DNA of 32,000 bases from contig NC_014205.1 of assembly GCF_000092465.1 (NCBI RefSeq), positions 810,001-842,000 of the forward strand, in the 5' to 3' direction. Both the position numbers and the translations under genes were made by a program. Positions 1 through 8,353 of this stretch are shown here, piece by piece; positions within the stretch are counted from its first letter, which is position 1, and each line of letters opens with the position of its first letter. The notes under the pieces were generated by a model, which was not told the origin of the DNA, did no database searches, and was given only the letters and a program-made list of their open reading frames with translations. Source of the DNA: Staphylothermus hellenicus DSM 12710. Lineage in GTDB: Archaea > Thermoproteota > Thermoprotei_A > Sulfolobales > Desulfurococcaceae.

Positions 1-511
1 ATAATAGTTCTCTTCTCCTAACCATGTAGTCTCCATAGTTTCTTTCATGAATATATTTAAGATTATCAACTGGGTCAGGAAACCTTTTCTGCCAAGGCTT
101 CACATAGAAGTCGTTTAGTCTAAGATTTTGACTATTAAGGATTTGTTCTAGGAATAATCTGGATCTTCTCCACTGGCTATAATTAATATACTTGTTGGGA
201 TCCTTGATGTAGAGTTTTTTACCAGCATATATGTTTTCATTCTCTAAATTCTTATCGCTTAAGAGAATATGGTGGTCGTAGTGATAGTGGGTAATAATTA
301 TTGTTGAGCACCGCCTGGCAACGGATCTTATTCTATGAACAGCTTTCCTCCTAAGAACAATTTTTTCTTGTCTAGGCAATGGATAGCTTGGCTGCATAGC
401 TGCTGCTCCAGGATCTATGAGGATACATTCGTCTCCATCAATATTTATGGCTATACATGATGATTTAGCTCCTAAACTATCAAACCATACTATTTCTAAT
501 CCAGCATTCAT
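1..511 (-). CDS. MBL-fold metallo-hydrolase (archaeal UPF0282-like); C-terminus lies beyond the window start
   Basis: Own translation of the minus strand from ATG (511..509): MNAGLEIVWFDSLGAKSSCIAINIDGDECILIDPGAAAMQPSYPLPRQEKIVLRRKAVHRIRSVARRCSTIIITHYHYDHH... It carries the HxHxDH metal-binding motif. The frame stays open to position 1, and in-frame stops lie just upstream of the ATG. It is absent from the ORF track only because it has no stop codon in the window. Confidence 0.6.
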   Translation of the reverse strand, partial: MNAGLEIVWFDSLGAKSSCIAINIDGDECILIDPGAAAMQPSYPLPRQEKIVLRRKAVHRIRSVARRCSTIIITHYHYDHHILLSDKNLENENIYAGKKLYIKDPNKYINYSQWRRSRLFLEQILNSQNLRLNDFYVKPWQKRFPDPVDNLKYIHERNYGDYMVRRRELL

Positions 512-584
512 TAATACTTCTCTCAACGATTCCAATCCGGTTTCACCATGACCACATGATCTTATATTGGTTGAGATATATTAA

Positions 585-2081
585 TTGTTTAAAACACAAT
601 ATTTTTTCTTGGAAAAACATGTGTGGCGAAAAATCTTGAGCAGCGTCAAAGCAAGATTGGGAAAGATTAGGAAACCCTCTAGGATGCTTAGCGGTGTTAG
701 CGTAGTTGCTGTTATGACGCATCCAATACCCTGTCCATTCAACTGTTATTATTGTCCTGGAGGACCAGAATATAATGCTCCAAAAAGCTATTTCGGAAAC
801 GAGCCAGCTTTGAGGAGAGCTCGTAGAAACCAGTTTCACCCATATAAGCAGGTTTGGAATAGACTGCTTCAATACGAGTATCTCAAACAAGTTCCTAGCA
901 AGGTTGAAATCATAGTTATGGGTGGGACTTTCCTAGCGGCTCGGCAGAGGTATAAGGAATGGTTTATAACAATGATCTTTGAAGCACTCAACAGGTATCC
1001 GGACCCGAATCCTCCTAGGAAATGGGATCTGGAGAGTGCACAGTTGAGGAATGAGACTGCTAATCATAGATGTGTTGGTTTAACAATTGAGACTAGGCCC
1101 GATTATGGATATGAGAAGCATGCTGATGAAATGCTATACTATGGTGCTACACGTGTTGAGCTAGGTGTTCAAAGCATCTATGACGATGTCTTGTTAAGAG
1201 TTAATAGGGGGCATGGTGTTGCTGAATCAATAAAGTCTACTAGAATACTTAAGGATGCAGGTTTTAAAATAGTATACCATATAATGCTTGGATTACCCGG
1301 CAGCGATCCCGATAGAGATATTGAGATGATGAAGGAAATATTTGAGAACCCAGATTTTAGACCAGACATGCTGAAGATTTATCCAACAGAAGTTGTTGAA
1401 GGAACAGTTCTATACCAGTGGTGGAGGGAGGGCAGGTATAAGCCATACGATGATGAAACAGCTATTGAGGTTATATCGGAGATGTACAGGTATATACCGA
1501 AATATGTTAGAGTAATGAGGATTAGAAGAGACATACCAGCACCAGAAGTTGTAGCTGGAACTAAGAAGTCTAATCTTAGAGAATATGTTGAGAAGAGATG
1601 CATGGAGAAAGGGATCAAGATAAACGAGATCAGGTTTAGAGAAGTAGGATTACAAGCTTGGAAATATGGTAGAATCCCTGATCCAAAACATATAGAGATA
1701 ACTAGGACAACATATGAAGCAAGCGGTGGGATAGAGGAGTTTTTAGCTGTTGAAGATACAAGAAACGATATCATAATAGGATTCCTACGCATGCGTATAC
1801 CAAGCGAGAAAGCGCATAGACCAGAAGTAGATAGTAGAACAGCAATCATTAGGGAACTACATGTTTACGGTCCAGAACTACCAGTTGGAATACATGGAGA
1901 ATCATGGCAGCACAAAGGATGGGGAGCAAAATTGTTGAAGGAAGCAGAGAGAATAGCTGTCGAAGAATATGATGCTAAGAAAATGCTTGTCCTATCAGGA
2001 ATAGGAGTTAGAGAATACTATCGCAAATACGGATACTATAGACCACCAAATAGCCCATACATGCATAAAATACTTTCCTAA
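585..2081 (+). CDS. elp3: Elp3-type radical SAM / GNAT acetyltransferase (tRNA U34 modification enzyme)
   Basis: 498-aa ORF. Radical-SAM cluster motif CPFNCYYCPGGP follows SGVSVVAVMT. A TIM-barrel radical SAM core (GGTFLA, VGLTIETRPDY, RVELGVQS) and a C-terminal GNAT-like region (WQHKGWGAKLLKEAERIA) are present. The start is uncertain: TTG 585 or GTG 621. Confidence 0.85.
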   Translation: MFKTQYFFLEKHVWRKILSSVKARLGKIRKPSRMLSGVSVVAVMTHPIPCPFNCYYCPGGPEYNAPKSYFGNEPALRRARRNQFHPYKQVWNRLLQYEYLKQVPSKVEIIVMGGTFLAARQRYKEWFITMIFEALNRYPDPNPPRKWDLESAQLRNETANHRCVGLTIETRPDYGYEKHADEMLYYGATRVELGVQSIYDDVLLRVNRGHGVAESIKSTRILKDAGFKIVYHIMLGLPGSDPDRDIEMMKEIFENPDFRPDMLKIYPTEVVEGTVLYQWWREGRYKPYDDETAIEVISEMYRYIPKYVRVMRIRRDIPAPEVVAGTKKSNLREYVEKRCMEKGIKINEIRFREVGLQAWKYGRIPDPKHIEITRTTYEASGGIEEFLAVEDTRNDIIIGFLRMRIPSEKAHRPEVDSRTAIIRELHVYGPELPVGIHGESWQHKGWGAKLLKEAERIAVEEYDAKKMLVLSGIGVREYYRKYGYYRPPNSPYMHKILS

Positions 2082-2234
2082 CACATTGATTCCTATGTAA
2101 AACTATGCTGGAAAACTATCTACATATTTTAACCTGTTTAAACTTAAAGTATTAAAGAAAAGTTAGCATAACCTACTTTTATTTGTATAGCCGGCTCTAT
2201 TTTATTATATGATACGGGACGAGGAAACATTGTT

Positions 2235-2585
2235 TCAAAACTTTATACGTATCCAGTATTTCCTCGCATCTCTAAGGGTTATTGAGCTATGTATTTTTTC
2301 TTCCAGCTCATCTGGTTTTAAAGGTATTAGTGTTGCGTCAAGTTCATAGTTCCAGAGTTTGTAGATATGTTTCATTCTATCAAGTATTGTTCCTCTCCAT
2401 TCACGACTAATAATAATTAGATCTATATCACTATCAACTCTGTAGTCTCCTCTAGCTCTCGAGCCAAATACTATGATCTCATCTATTTTGATCCTGAGTT
2501 TTTCCTCAATTTTATTCTTGAAGTCAGTAATGATTTCTTCAATTAATGGATCAACTTTTTCCCTTGACAATTCTCTTGACCTCAT
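2235..2585 (-). CDS. Minimal nucleotidyltransferase (MNT-type antitoxin partner of HEPN)
   Basis: 116-aa ORF with the pol-beta-type NTase motif FGSRARGDYRVDSDIDLIII. It overlaps the upstream HEPN ORF by 35 nt on the same strand. Confidence 0.75.
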   Translation of the reverse strand: MRSRELSREKVDPLIEEIITDFKNKIEEKLRIKIDEIIVFGSRARGDYRVDSDIDLIIISREWRGTILDRMKHIYKLWNYELDATLIPLKPDELEEKIHSSITLRDARKYWIRIKF

Positions 2586-2964
2586 TCATAACTGCTTCAA
2601 CAATTTTTTCAGCAATTTCAACAGCTTCTCTCCCAGTTTTAGAAGATATTACTTGATCAGGTACTCCCTCAACAATGTCTGGGTAGAGAGATATGTAATA
2701 GTATTGAGTTAGCTCATAAGCTTTCTCCCATAATTCAGATGATAAACCCAAGTCTAAGCCGATGAATTCCTTTAACCTCCTTATATTATGTGTTTTAGGA
2801 ATATCTCTCTTAACTGCTAGAGCTAATGCTTTCAAAGCTTTCTCAACAGCTTGTTGGCTCCAGAAAACCATTGATACTCTATCATCATATTCTATAGCTC
2901 TCTTAGCTCTCTCCAAATCTCTCTTCGCTAGTTCAAGCCACCAATACACTTCTTCACGCAGCAT
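2551..2964 (-). CDS. HEPN domain protein (putative toxin of the HEPN/MNT pair)
   Basis: 137-aa all-helical ORF. It has the QQAVEKALKAL helix typical of HEPN and an Rx5H motif (RDIPKTH). It lies immediately upstream of, and overlaps, the MNT gene. Confidence 0.7.
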   Translation of the reverse strand: MLREEVYWWLELAKRDLERAKRAIEYDDRVSMVFWSQQAVEKALKALALAVKRDIPKTHNIRRLKEFIGLDLGLSSELWEKAYELTQYYYISLYPDIVEGVPDQVISSKTGREAVEIAEKIVEAVMNEVKRIVKGKS

Positions 2965-3155
2965 ATTATCACCAAAAATATATTTTTAATATTAATAACA
3001 TGAATATTTTGTATATAATAATGATCAAGAAAAGATCTCATCAGCCTCCTTTTATGAGAGCTATTGAAGGAAATACTTAGTGTAAAGGAGTATGGATTTA
3101 GTAAGGATAGAGATTTTCCTGTTTAGATAATTAATTGTATGGTTCCATATTTATA

Positions 3156-3600
3156 TTATTTTTCAATATATTTTCTTATAAGTGTCTTGAATGCCAGTAT
3201 TGCTAGTGTGTTGATAATTGTTGTGACTACTATTATTTTTCACCATTGTCACTCATATTTCTCCTGGTGATATGTTGAATATCATTATTGATCTAATAGC
3301 GTCTATAGCCCATATTATTGGGAATATCCTTGATAGTATTTGCATCCAAGATGGCAGCATAAAGTTTGGAAAAATATTCCTGCAGTGAATGCAAGCATTA
3401 ATCCAAGTATTGTTGCTAAACTACTAGCACCCTTAACACTCTTGGTTAACAATGATAGTATTACACCAACTCCAATACTCATCAATCTAGTCAATACCAT
3501 CTGGAGCTCTTTTGATATTATTTCGCAGAACAAGGCGGGAAGCTATTGATGAACAATATAGTGACCCGTATAAAGGAGTATATCTCCAAAACCAGACTTG
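3156..3600 (-). pseudogene. ABC-2 type transporter permease, C-terminal remnant with at least 2 frameshifts
   Basis: The track ORF 3315..3533 reads ...SIGVGVILSLLTKSVKGASSLATILGLMLAFTAGIFF, then goes out of frame. My translation of a second frame continues PNFMLPSWMQILSRIFPIIWAIDAIRSIMIFNISPGEI* (stop 3253-3255). A third frame gives KIIVVTTIINTLAILAFKTLIRKYIEK* (stop 3156-3158). Together these match the C-terminal consensus of ABC-2 permeases. The N-terminal half is missing. Confidence 0.6.
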
Positions 3601-3610
3601 CTAATATATA

Positions 3611-3960
3611 TTATTGTTCTTCAAGATAACTATAGATATCAATACCATACTTCAAAGCTACTTCACGAGCCTTACTTGATAAGAATCCTGCGACAACAGC
3701 AAGTTTTGGTTTAATACCTTTAATGTGACATCAATATTCTTGGTGATTACATAGGCTATTATCGGTATGTGATAATGAAGCTTTGATATAAGCAATATGA
3801 TAATGCCTTAAGAAATGATCTCTTAATGGTCTCCCTGGATCATAGCCTCATCAACTACATCCTTGGCTCGAACTCTTTCAATCTTTTCTTATTATTTCTT
3901 GTATTTGCTTCCTGGTCTCTATTTATAATCCTTATGCTCACACACCGGGAAACAGTGAGA
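3611..3960 (-). pseudogene. Decayed nuclease-like gene (PD-(D/E)XK / NucS- or Mrr-like C-terminus), multiple frame breaks
   Basis: Minus-strand fragments in different frames: EKIERVRAKDVVDEAMIQG..., ...KLHYHIPIIAYVITKNIDVT, and IKGIKPKLAVVAGFLSSKAREVALKYGIDIYSYLEEQ* (stop 3611-3613). The last segment resembles the C-terminal strand-helix of restriction-endonuclease-fold proteins. The assignment is weak. Confidence 0.3.
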
Positions 3961-4762
3961 ACAATTAGAAACTAAGCAATGAGTTCATAAGCTTCTATTA
4001 TGGGAGATACCACATTAATTTCCTCTTATGTTAAACAAAAACAAATATGCAAACATATAGAATAATACTGTAGGGACAAAAGGCAAGACATAAAATACAA
4101 TAATAGATAACGATAAAGAAAAATTGAAGCCAAATAACATTAGACATGAAACAATTAGGGAAAGCCAAGATCATTACTGGAGTAGGGAAGATTGATTTGG
4201 AGTATCAAAGTATTTATGAAATTAGCTATGAAAATCGTCCTTAATATAATATTGGTAAGATTCCCAAAACAATTGCAAGGTGCCACGGCTTAGGAAGGCC
4301 ACGATAACCTTAAGAAACATTGACTATATGTATAATTCTGGAGATTAATAAGTAGTTCTAGGGCTATACCCCATTATATCTAGCTGTCTCAATATTAACT
4401 ACTGCTTGTTCCCCTCTGGAAAGGGTCTTCACTGTTCTATTTTTCCTACTTATTTAATTAACTATGAACTATTCTTTAAAGCTGACATAGGAATTAAAAA
4501 TATTTACACATTAATATTAAGACTGCAAGTTTATGAGTCAAGAACTTATATATTCATCTTTATTCCCAGTTGTAGGTACATATCTCTTTGTCATTACTGC
4601 AGTCTTATCTCACAATCCATTAGTATATTTGCAGACAATCAACGTTACAGACCTATTAAATAGTAAATATTAATTTCACTTCATCGATACAACTTTTGAT
4701 TATCCAATAGAATTCTGTAATGAGAAAAAGTTTTTTAGTTATTTTAACTATTTTTAACACAC

Positions 4763-4773
4763 GGAGGAGGTGG
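4763..4773 (+). promoter_or_regulatory. Shine-Dalgarno box GGAGGAGGTGG, 4 nt upstream of a TTG start
   Basis: The sequence acGGAGGAGGTGGttttTTG is complementary to the canonical 16S rRNA 3' end (CCUCC core). Confidence 0.5.
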
Positions 4774-4777
4774 TTTT

Positions 4778-5290
4778 TTGTCTACTAGATTTGATACACT
4801 TTATAAAAAGGATATACAGTCCTTTAGAGTTGAAAAGGGAGGTTATAAGGAGCTAAGATATAAAATTCCCTATGCTTCTTCGGTAACAATAAGGGTTTCT
4901 GCTACACATCCAGTATTGCTAAATATAGCCGGTCCCCATATAGAGCAAGCAGAGATAACAGGTACTAGGGAATATAAATTTACTGCCAATCCAGGTAGTG
5001 AGGCATATATTAAATTCCAAGGTAAATCAGGCTTTTTCGCTAAACCCTCAGATGTCACTATTGAAGTAGAACTGTATACGTCTAAGGATGCTATAAAAGT
5101 GTCTGAGGAGCTAACGAATTTATTAGAGGTTCTCAAGGAGCTGGGCAAGGACTATTATGACTTAAATAAGGAGCATGTACAGGATGTGCTTAAGAGAATA
5201 GTTAATGTATGGAAGATCCTAGATAATGAAACGAAGTCTAAAGCCAAGGAGTTGATGGCTCTAGCCAAGAAATATGAGTCAGGATCATAA
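4778..5290 (+). CDS. Hypothetical protein (beta-rich N-domain plus helical C-terminal tail)
   Basis: 170-aa ORF with a strong SD and a TTG start. Composition is non-repetitive. No motif was recognised. Confidence 0.65.
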   Translation: MSTRFDTLYKKDIQSFRVEKGGYKELRYKIPYASSVTIRVSATHPVLLNIAGPHIEQAEITGTREYKFTANPGSEAYIKFQGKSGFFAKPSDVTIEVELYTSKDAIKVSEELTNLLEVLKELGKDYYDLNKEHVQDVLKRIVNVWKILDNETKSKAKELMALAKKYESGS

Positions 5291-5355
5291 CTTTACAAAT
5301 ATTCTTACTATACATGATTCTTTTGTCCATCAACTACTTCGTAATATTTGTAAGG
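5291..5355 (+). other. Inverted repeat forming a 13-bp stem (one G-U) with a 39-nt loop, directly after the stop codon of 4778..5290
   Basis: 5291-5303 cttTACAAATATT pairs with 5343-5355 AATATTTGTAagg. I checked the pairing base by base. Confidence 0.35.
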
Positions 5356-5517
5356 TTGTAGATGAAAGGCTATGTGTGCCCGGCACGGGGCCTGAAGACT
5401 TCTCATATAATTAAGGAGGGGAAGTTGTACGAGTATTCATCACATCTAAAAATATTTCAAGGAAACTACGTGTCTTAAACTAAGATTACTATTTTATCTA
5501 AGCATGGTGACTGTTAA

Positions 5518-5897
5518 TTATTGAGCTGATTGTATAGTAGGTGTATATTTTGCCAAGTATTTTTCAGTTAGGCCTCCAACTATTGGTAACTTGTATCTTT
5601 CTCCTTTTAAAGCCTTCAATATGCATATGATCGCTGTTATAATAGCTAATATCCATACGAGCCAGCTTAGAAAAACAAAAGACTAAACCGATAAATGGTA
5701 TTAATGCTAGGGCATCCAGAATAATTATTATGATCGTGTATCCAAGGAATGTTATAGTTGACTGCATTGCATGAAATCTGACAAATCCGCTTTTCTTTTC
5801 AAGAACTAAGAACTAAGAACAATATACCAGTAATCCATCCAAGAACATATGATAGAGCTGCCTCAACATTTTCTCCAATACCAAGAGATGTCTCCAT
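5518..5897 (-). pseudogene. DUF4870-like small membrane protein gene, disrupted by a 7-bp tandem duplication and a second +/-1 frameshift
   Basis: From ATG 5897 the reading is METSLGIGENVEAALSYVLGWITGILFLVLSS*. Removing one GTTCTTA unit restores ...ILFLVLEKKSGFVRFHAMQSTITFLGYT..., which joins track ORF 5564..5767. After IPFIGLV, a third frame reads LSWLVWILAIITAIICILKALKGERYKLPIVGGLTEKYLAKYTPTIQSAQ* (stop 5518-5520). The joined sequence matches the DUF4870 consensus as I remember it. Confidence 0.75.
5801..5820. repeat. 7-bp tandem repeat aagaact x about 2.9 copies
   Basis: Read directly: aagaact aagaact aagaac. Two copies would keep the DUF4870 frame open. Three copies shift it into a TGA. 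Confidence 0.9.
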
Positions 5898-6156
5898 AAT
5901 ATATCTAACTCCAACTATATATAATTGGATAAAACAATATTATCCAGACCTAAAATACTTTTCCAAAACTTTAAATATAATAATCAGATCCCGACAGTTT
6001 CAATACCCAAGAAAGGGGAAGCTTGTGCAAAACAATAATAACTAATCAAAAATAATGCAGAGATAATACTACCTTACATTATGTTTGTTTAAAGATTTGT
6101 AGAAATAAAAAATTGGATTTATTCTGCAATAATGTTTTTGAATGGTTTCTATAAGA

Positions 6157-6588
6157 TTATTTTCGGAGTAATCCTATTATTAATCCTATTATTACTCCCG
6201 CTGTTACCGGCCCTATTGTTAGTATTCCCAGTGTTTGTATGAAGCCCCATATTATTGGCCATAACGCCTTGGCTTGCGATCCCATGTTTACTAACCAATC
6301 TTCTATGCTTCCGCCAATGCTCCAAACAGATAATATGGCGCCTAGTATTACTATTCCTAGAAGTGCTAGCAAGTATTTTAAGACTTTAACAGAGAAATAG
6401 CCAAACGCTAAACCCAGTAGGAACTGTATCGTGATTGTAATTAGGACTTTAGGATCGCTTAGCAGAGTATTAGTTATGTTTATAGAAGTAGTATTGGTAG
6501 TATTGTTTGCTGCAAACACATATGTTGCAGAAACCATGAGAGCAACAATAATTACAAGTATAAATAGTGAAAGATTTATTCTACTCAA
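6157..6588 (-). CDS. Membrane protein, FUN14-like, with an N-glycosylation-sequon-rich stalk
   Basis: 143-aa ORF. It has an N-terminal signal/anchor (LSLFILVIIVALMVSATYVFA) and an NNTTNTTSINITNT sequon cluster. Glycine-zipper TM helices (LLGLAFGYFSVKVLKYLLALLGIVILG ... GVIIGLIIGLLRK) resemble FUN14. Confidence 0.55.
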   Translation of the reverse strand: MSRINLSLFILVIIVALMVSATYVFAANNTTNTTSINITNTLLSDPKVLITITIQFLLGLAFGYFSVKVLKYLLALLGIVILGAILSVWSIGGSIEDWLVNMGSQAKALWPIIWGFIQTLGILTIGPVTAGVIIGLIIGLLRK

Positions 6589-6638
6589 TTTTTCCCACCT
6601 ATTTACTGTATCTTTATTTACTATGTATATATGTATAT

Positions 6639-7607
6639 TTATGGTATTATATAATCTTTGTAATATTCTATAGTCTTCTTCAATCCCTTTTCCAACGATA
6701 CTGTGGGTTTCCAGCCTAGATACTTTACGGCTTTACCAATATCTGCTAAACTATGCTTGATATCTCCTTCCCTAGGCTTATCATGTATTATTTCAACCTC
6801 TTCTCTACCCATATATTTTCTGAGAATATCTGCTAGTTCTCTCACTGTAATATTTGATCCGCAGCCAATATTATATGATCCCGTAATCTTTGATTCTAAC
6901 GCTAATAAATTGGCTGCGGCAACATCCTCTACATATACGAAGTCTCTTGTTTGAAGCCCGTCGCCATGTATTATTAATGGTTTCCCATGTATTAGGTTGT
7001 TTATGAAAACATATACTACTCCAGAATATGGTCCAGGCCTCATCCTCGGACCATAGACGTTGAAGTATCTGAGCGATATAGTTGATAAACCATAGTTTTC
7101 CATATAGGTATTTACAAGTATTTCTCCAGCAAGTTTTGTTGCTCCATATAGGTTTTTAGGAGATAATGGATGATCCTCATCTATGGGCAGATACTGTGGG
7201 TCGCCATATACTGCGGCACTAGAAGCATACACAAACCTCTCAACATCATGTCTTCTACTCATCTCTAACAAGTTAAACGTCCCCTGAACATTAATGCTGA
7301 AACCACTATTTGGATCACGGTAAACCTCGTCAACACCTACGAGAGCAGCTAAATGAACTACTCCGTAAAACCTGTATTTCCTAAACAATTCATTGAGCAA
7401 TACAGTATCCCGTATATCACCCTTAACAAGGATTATATCATCAATAATATTTGACAAATTACTGGGAGAACCATACATTAAATTATCTAGAACAACAACC
7501 CTATAACCCTTAGAACATAGTTTCTCAACGGTCCAACTACCAATAAATCCAGCACCACCAGTTACGAGAACATATTCGTTATTAGAACCCATAATAGAAC
7601 ACACCAT
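6639..7607 (-). CDS. NAD-dependent epimerase/dehydratase (extended SDR, UDP-sugar 4-epimerase-like)
   Basis: Contains the Rossmann motif VLVTGGAGFIGS, the YASSAAVYG serine region and the catalytic YGATK (YxxxK). Start is ATG 7607, or more likely the second ATG at 7592 (MGSNNEYVLVTGG). Confidence 0.85.
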   Translation of the reverse strand: MVCSIMGSNNEYVLVTGGAGFIGSWTVEKLCSKGYRVVVLDNLMYGSPSNLSNIIDDIILVKGDIRDTVLLNELFRKYRFYGVVHLAALVGVDEVYRDPNSGFSINVQGTFNLLEMSRRHDVERFVYASSAAVYGDPQYLPIDEDHPLSPKNLYGATKLAGEILVNTYMENYGLSTISLRYFNVYGPRMRPGPYSGVVYVFINNLIHGKPLIIHGDGLQTRDFVYVEDVAAANLLALESKITGSYNIGCGSNITVRELADILRKYMGREEVEIIHDKPREGDIKHSLADIGKAVKYLGWKPTVSLEKGLKKTIEYYKDYIIP

Positions 7608-7720
7608 TTATTCTAAATAATCCCACCAACTACATAGTTAAGCAGTCATAGATAAATAAGCTATTAAACAATTAAACAAATATGATCTAAGCATGCTATA
7701 TAATTAGTGGTGTTTACTGG

Positions 7721-8353
7721 TTGGGTTTGCTGATTTGTTTATTCGGCGCTGATGGTTCCGGCAAGACCAGTATTGCAAGATACCTTGCAAAATATCTACG
7801 TAGCCAAGGTTGGAATACAAGTATTGCTTGGCTACGCGGCTCCCATACCTTAGCCTCTATACTAGCTAGGCTTCTCTCGAGATTCAATGTTTTCAGAGGA
7901 AATTGTAATCCATACTATCGTATCTGTATATCTTCAAGCATGAGGAAACCATGGATCTTTATTGAGTTCATTTCCATCCTACCCATTATTTTCTTAAAAT
8001 TCCTGGCCCCAAAGCTTTTGGGGCGTATAGTTGTTGCTGAGCGTTGCCCAATAGATTTCCTTGTATGGCTCATAATAACTCTCAGGGATCAACGGGTTAT
8101 CCACAGCTTTTGGGGGAGGACAACATTATCTCTTGCATTATCAATATGTGATAAAATAATCTATATCAGAGCTGATCAAGAGGCTTTATTGTCTAGGAGG
8201 AAGGGGTTTGAGGAGGAATACTTGATCCCTGCCCAGCTACGCATATATGATCAGTTGGCTGAATGGCTGAGAACACAATATATTGATACAACAAATAAAA
8301 CAGTTGCTGAATCTATCTCCGAAATCATTAGAATAATTGGTGATATAAAATGA
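7721..8353 (+). CDS. P-loop NTPase / kinase-like protein (thymidylate-kinase-like fold) with a hydrophobic insert
   Basis: Walker A LFGADGSGKTS lies at the N-terminus. A hydrophobic stretch (WIFIEFISILPIIFLKFLAP) follows. A TATATAAT box at 7697-7704 suggests a leaderless or short-leader start (TTG 7721 or TTG 7727). The stop overlaps the next gene's start (ATGA). Confidence 0.65.
   Translation: MGLLICLFGADGSGKTSIARYLAKYLRSQGWNTSIAWLRGSHTLASILARLLSRFNVFRGNCNPYYRICISSSMRKPWIFIEFISILPIIFLKFLAPKLLGRIVVAERCPIDFLVWLIITLRDQRVIHSFWGRTTLSLALSICDKIIYIRADQEALLSRRKGFEEEYLIPAQLRIYDQLAEWLRTQYIDTTNKTVAESISEIIRIIGDIK

Noticed and set aside
543-890. 115-aa minus-strand ORF overlapping the Elp3 5' region
   Set aside because: It is antisense to a strongly supported Elp3 gene. 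Its sequence is low-complexity and hydrophobic, with no motif, and it ends exactly in the intergenic gap. It is most likely a shadow ORF.
1379-1849. 156-aa minus-strand ORF (and 1178..1369) inside Elp3
   Set aside because: These are antisense shadow ORFs of a conserved gene. Their composition (S/L/I-rich) is typical of reverse-frame translation in AT-rich DNA.
4406-4663. 85-aa plus-strand ORF in the AT-rich spacer
   Set aside because: The translation is low-complexity and Ile/Leu/Tyr/Phe-rich, starts at a non-ATG codon, and has no SD or promoter. It is probably a chance ORF in about 70% AT sequence.
5355-5397. Possible C/D-box sRNA (AGATGAA ... CTGA)
   Set aside because: The C-box has a mismatch to RUGAUGA. 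Only about 24 nt separate the putative C and D boxes, and no internal D'/C' boxes are visible. This is too short for an archaeal C/D sRNA. The region is kept only as a generic structured-RNA candidate.
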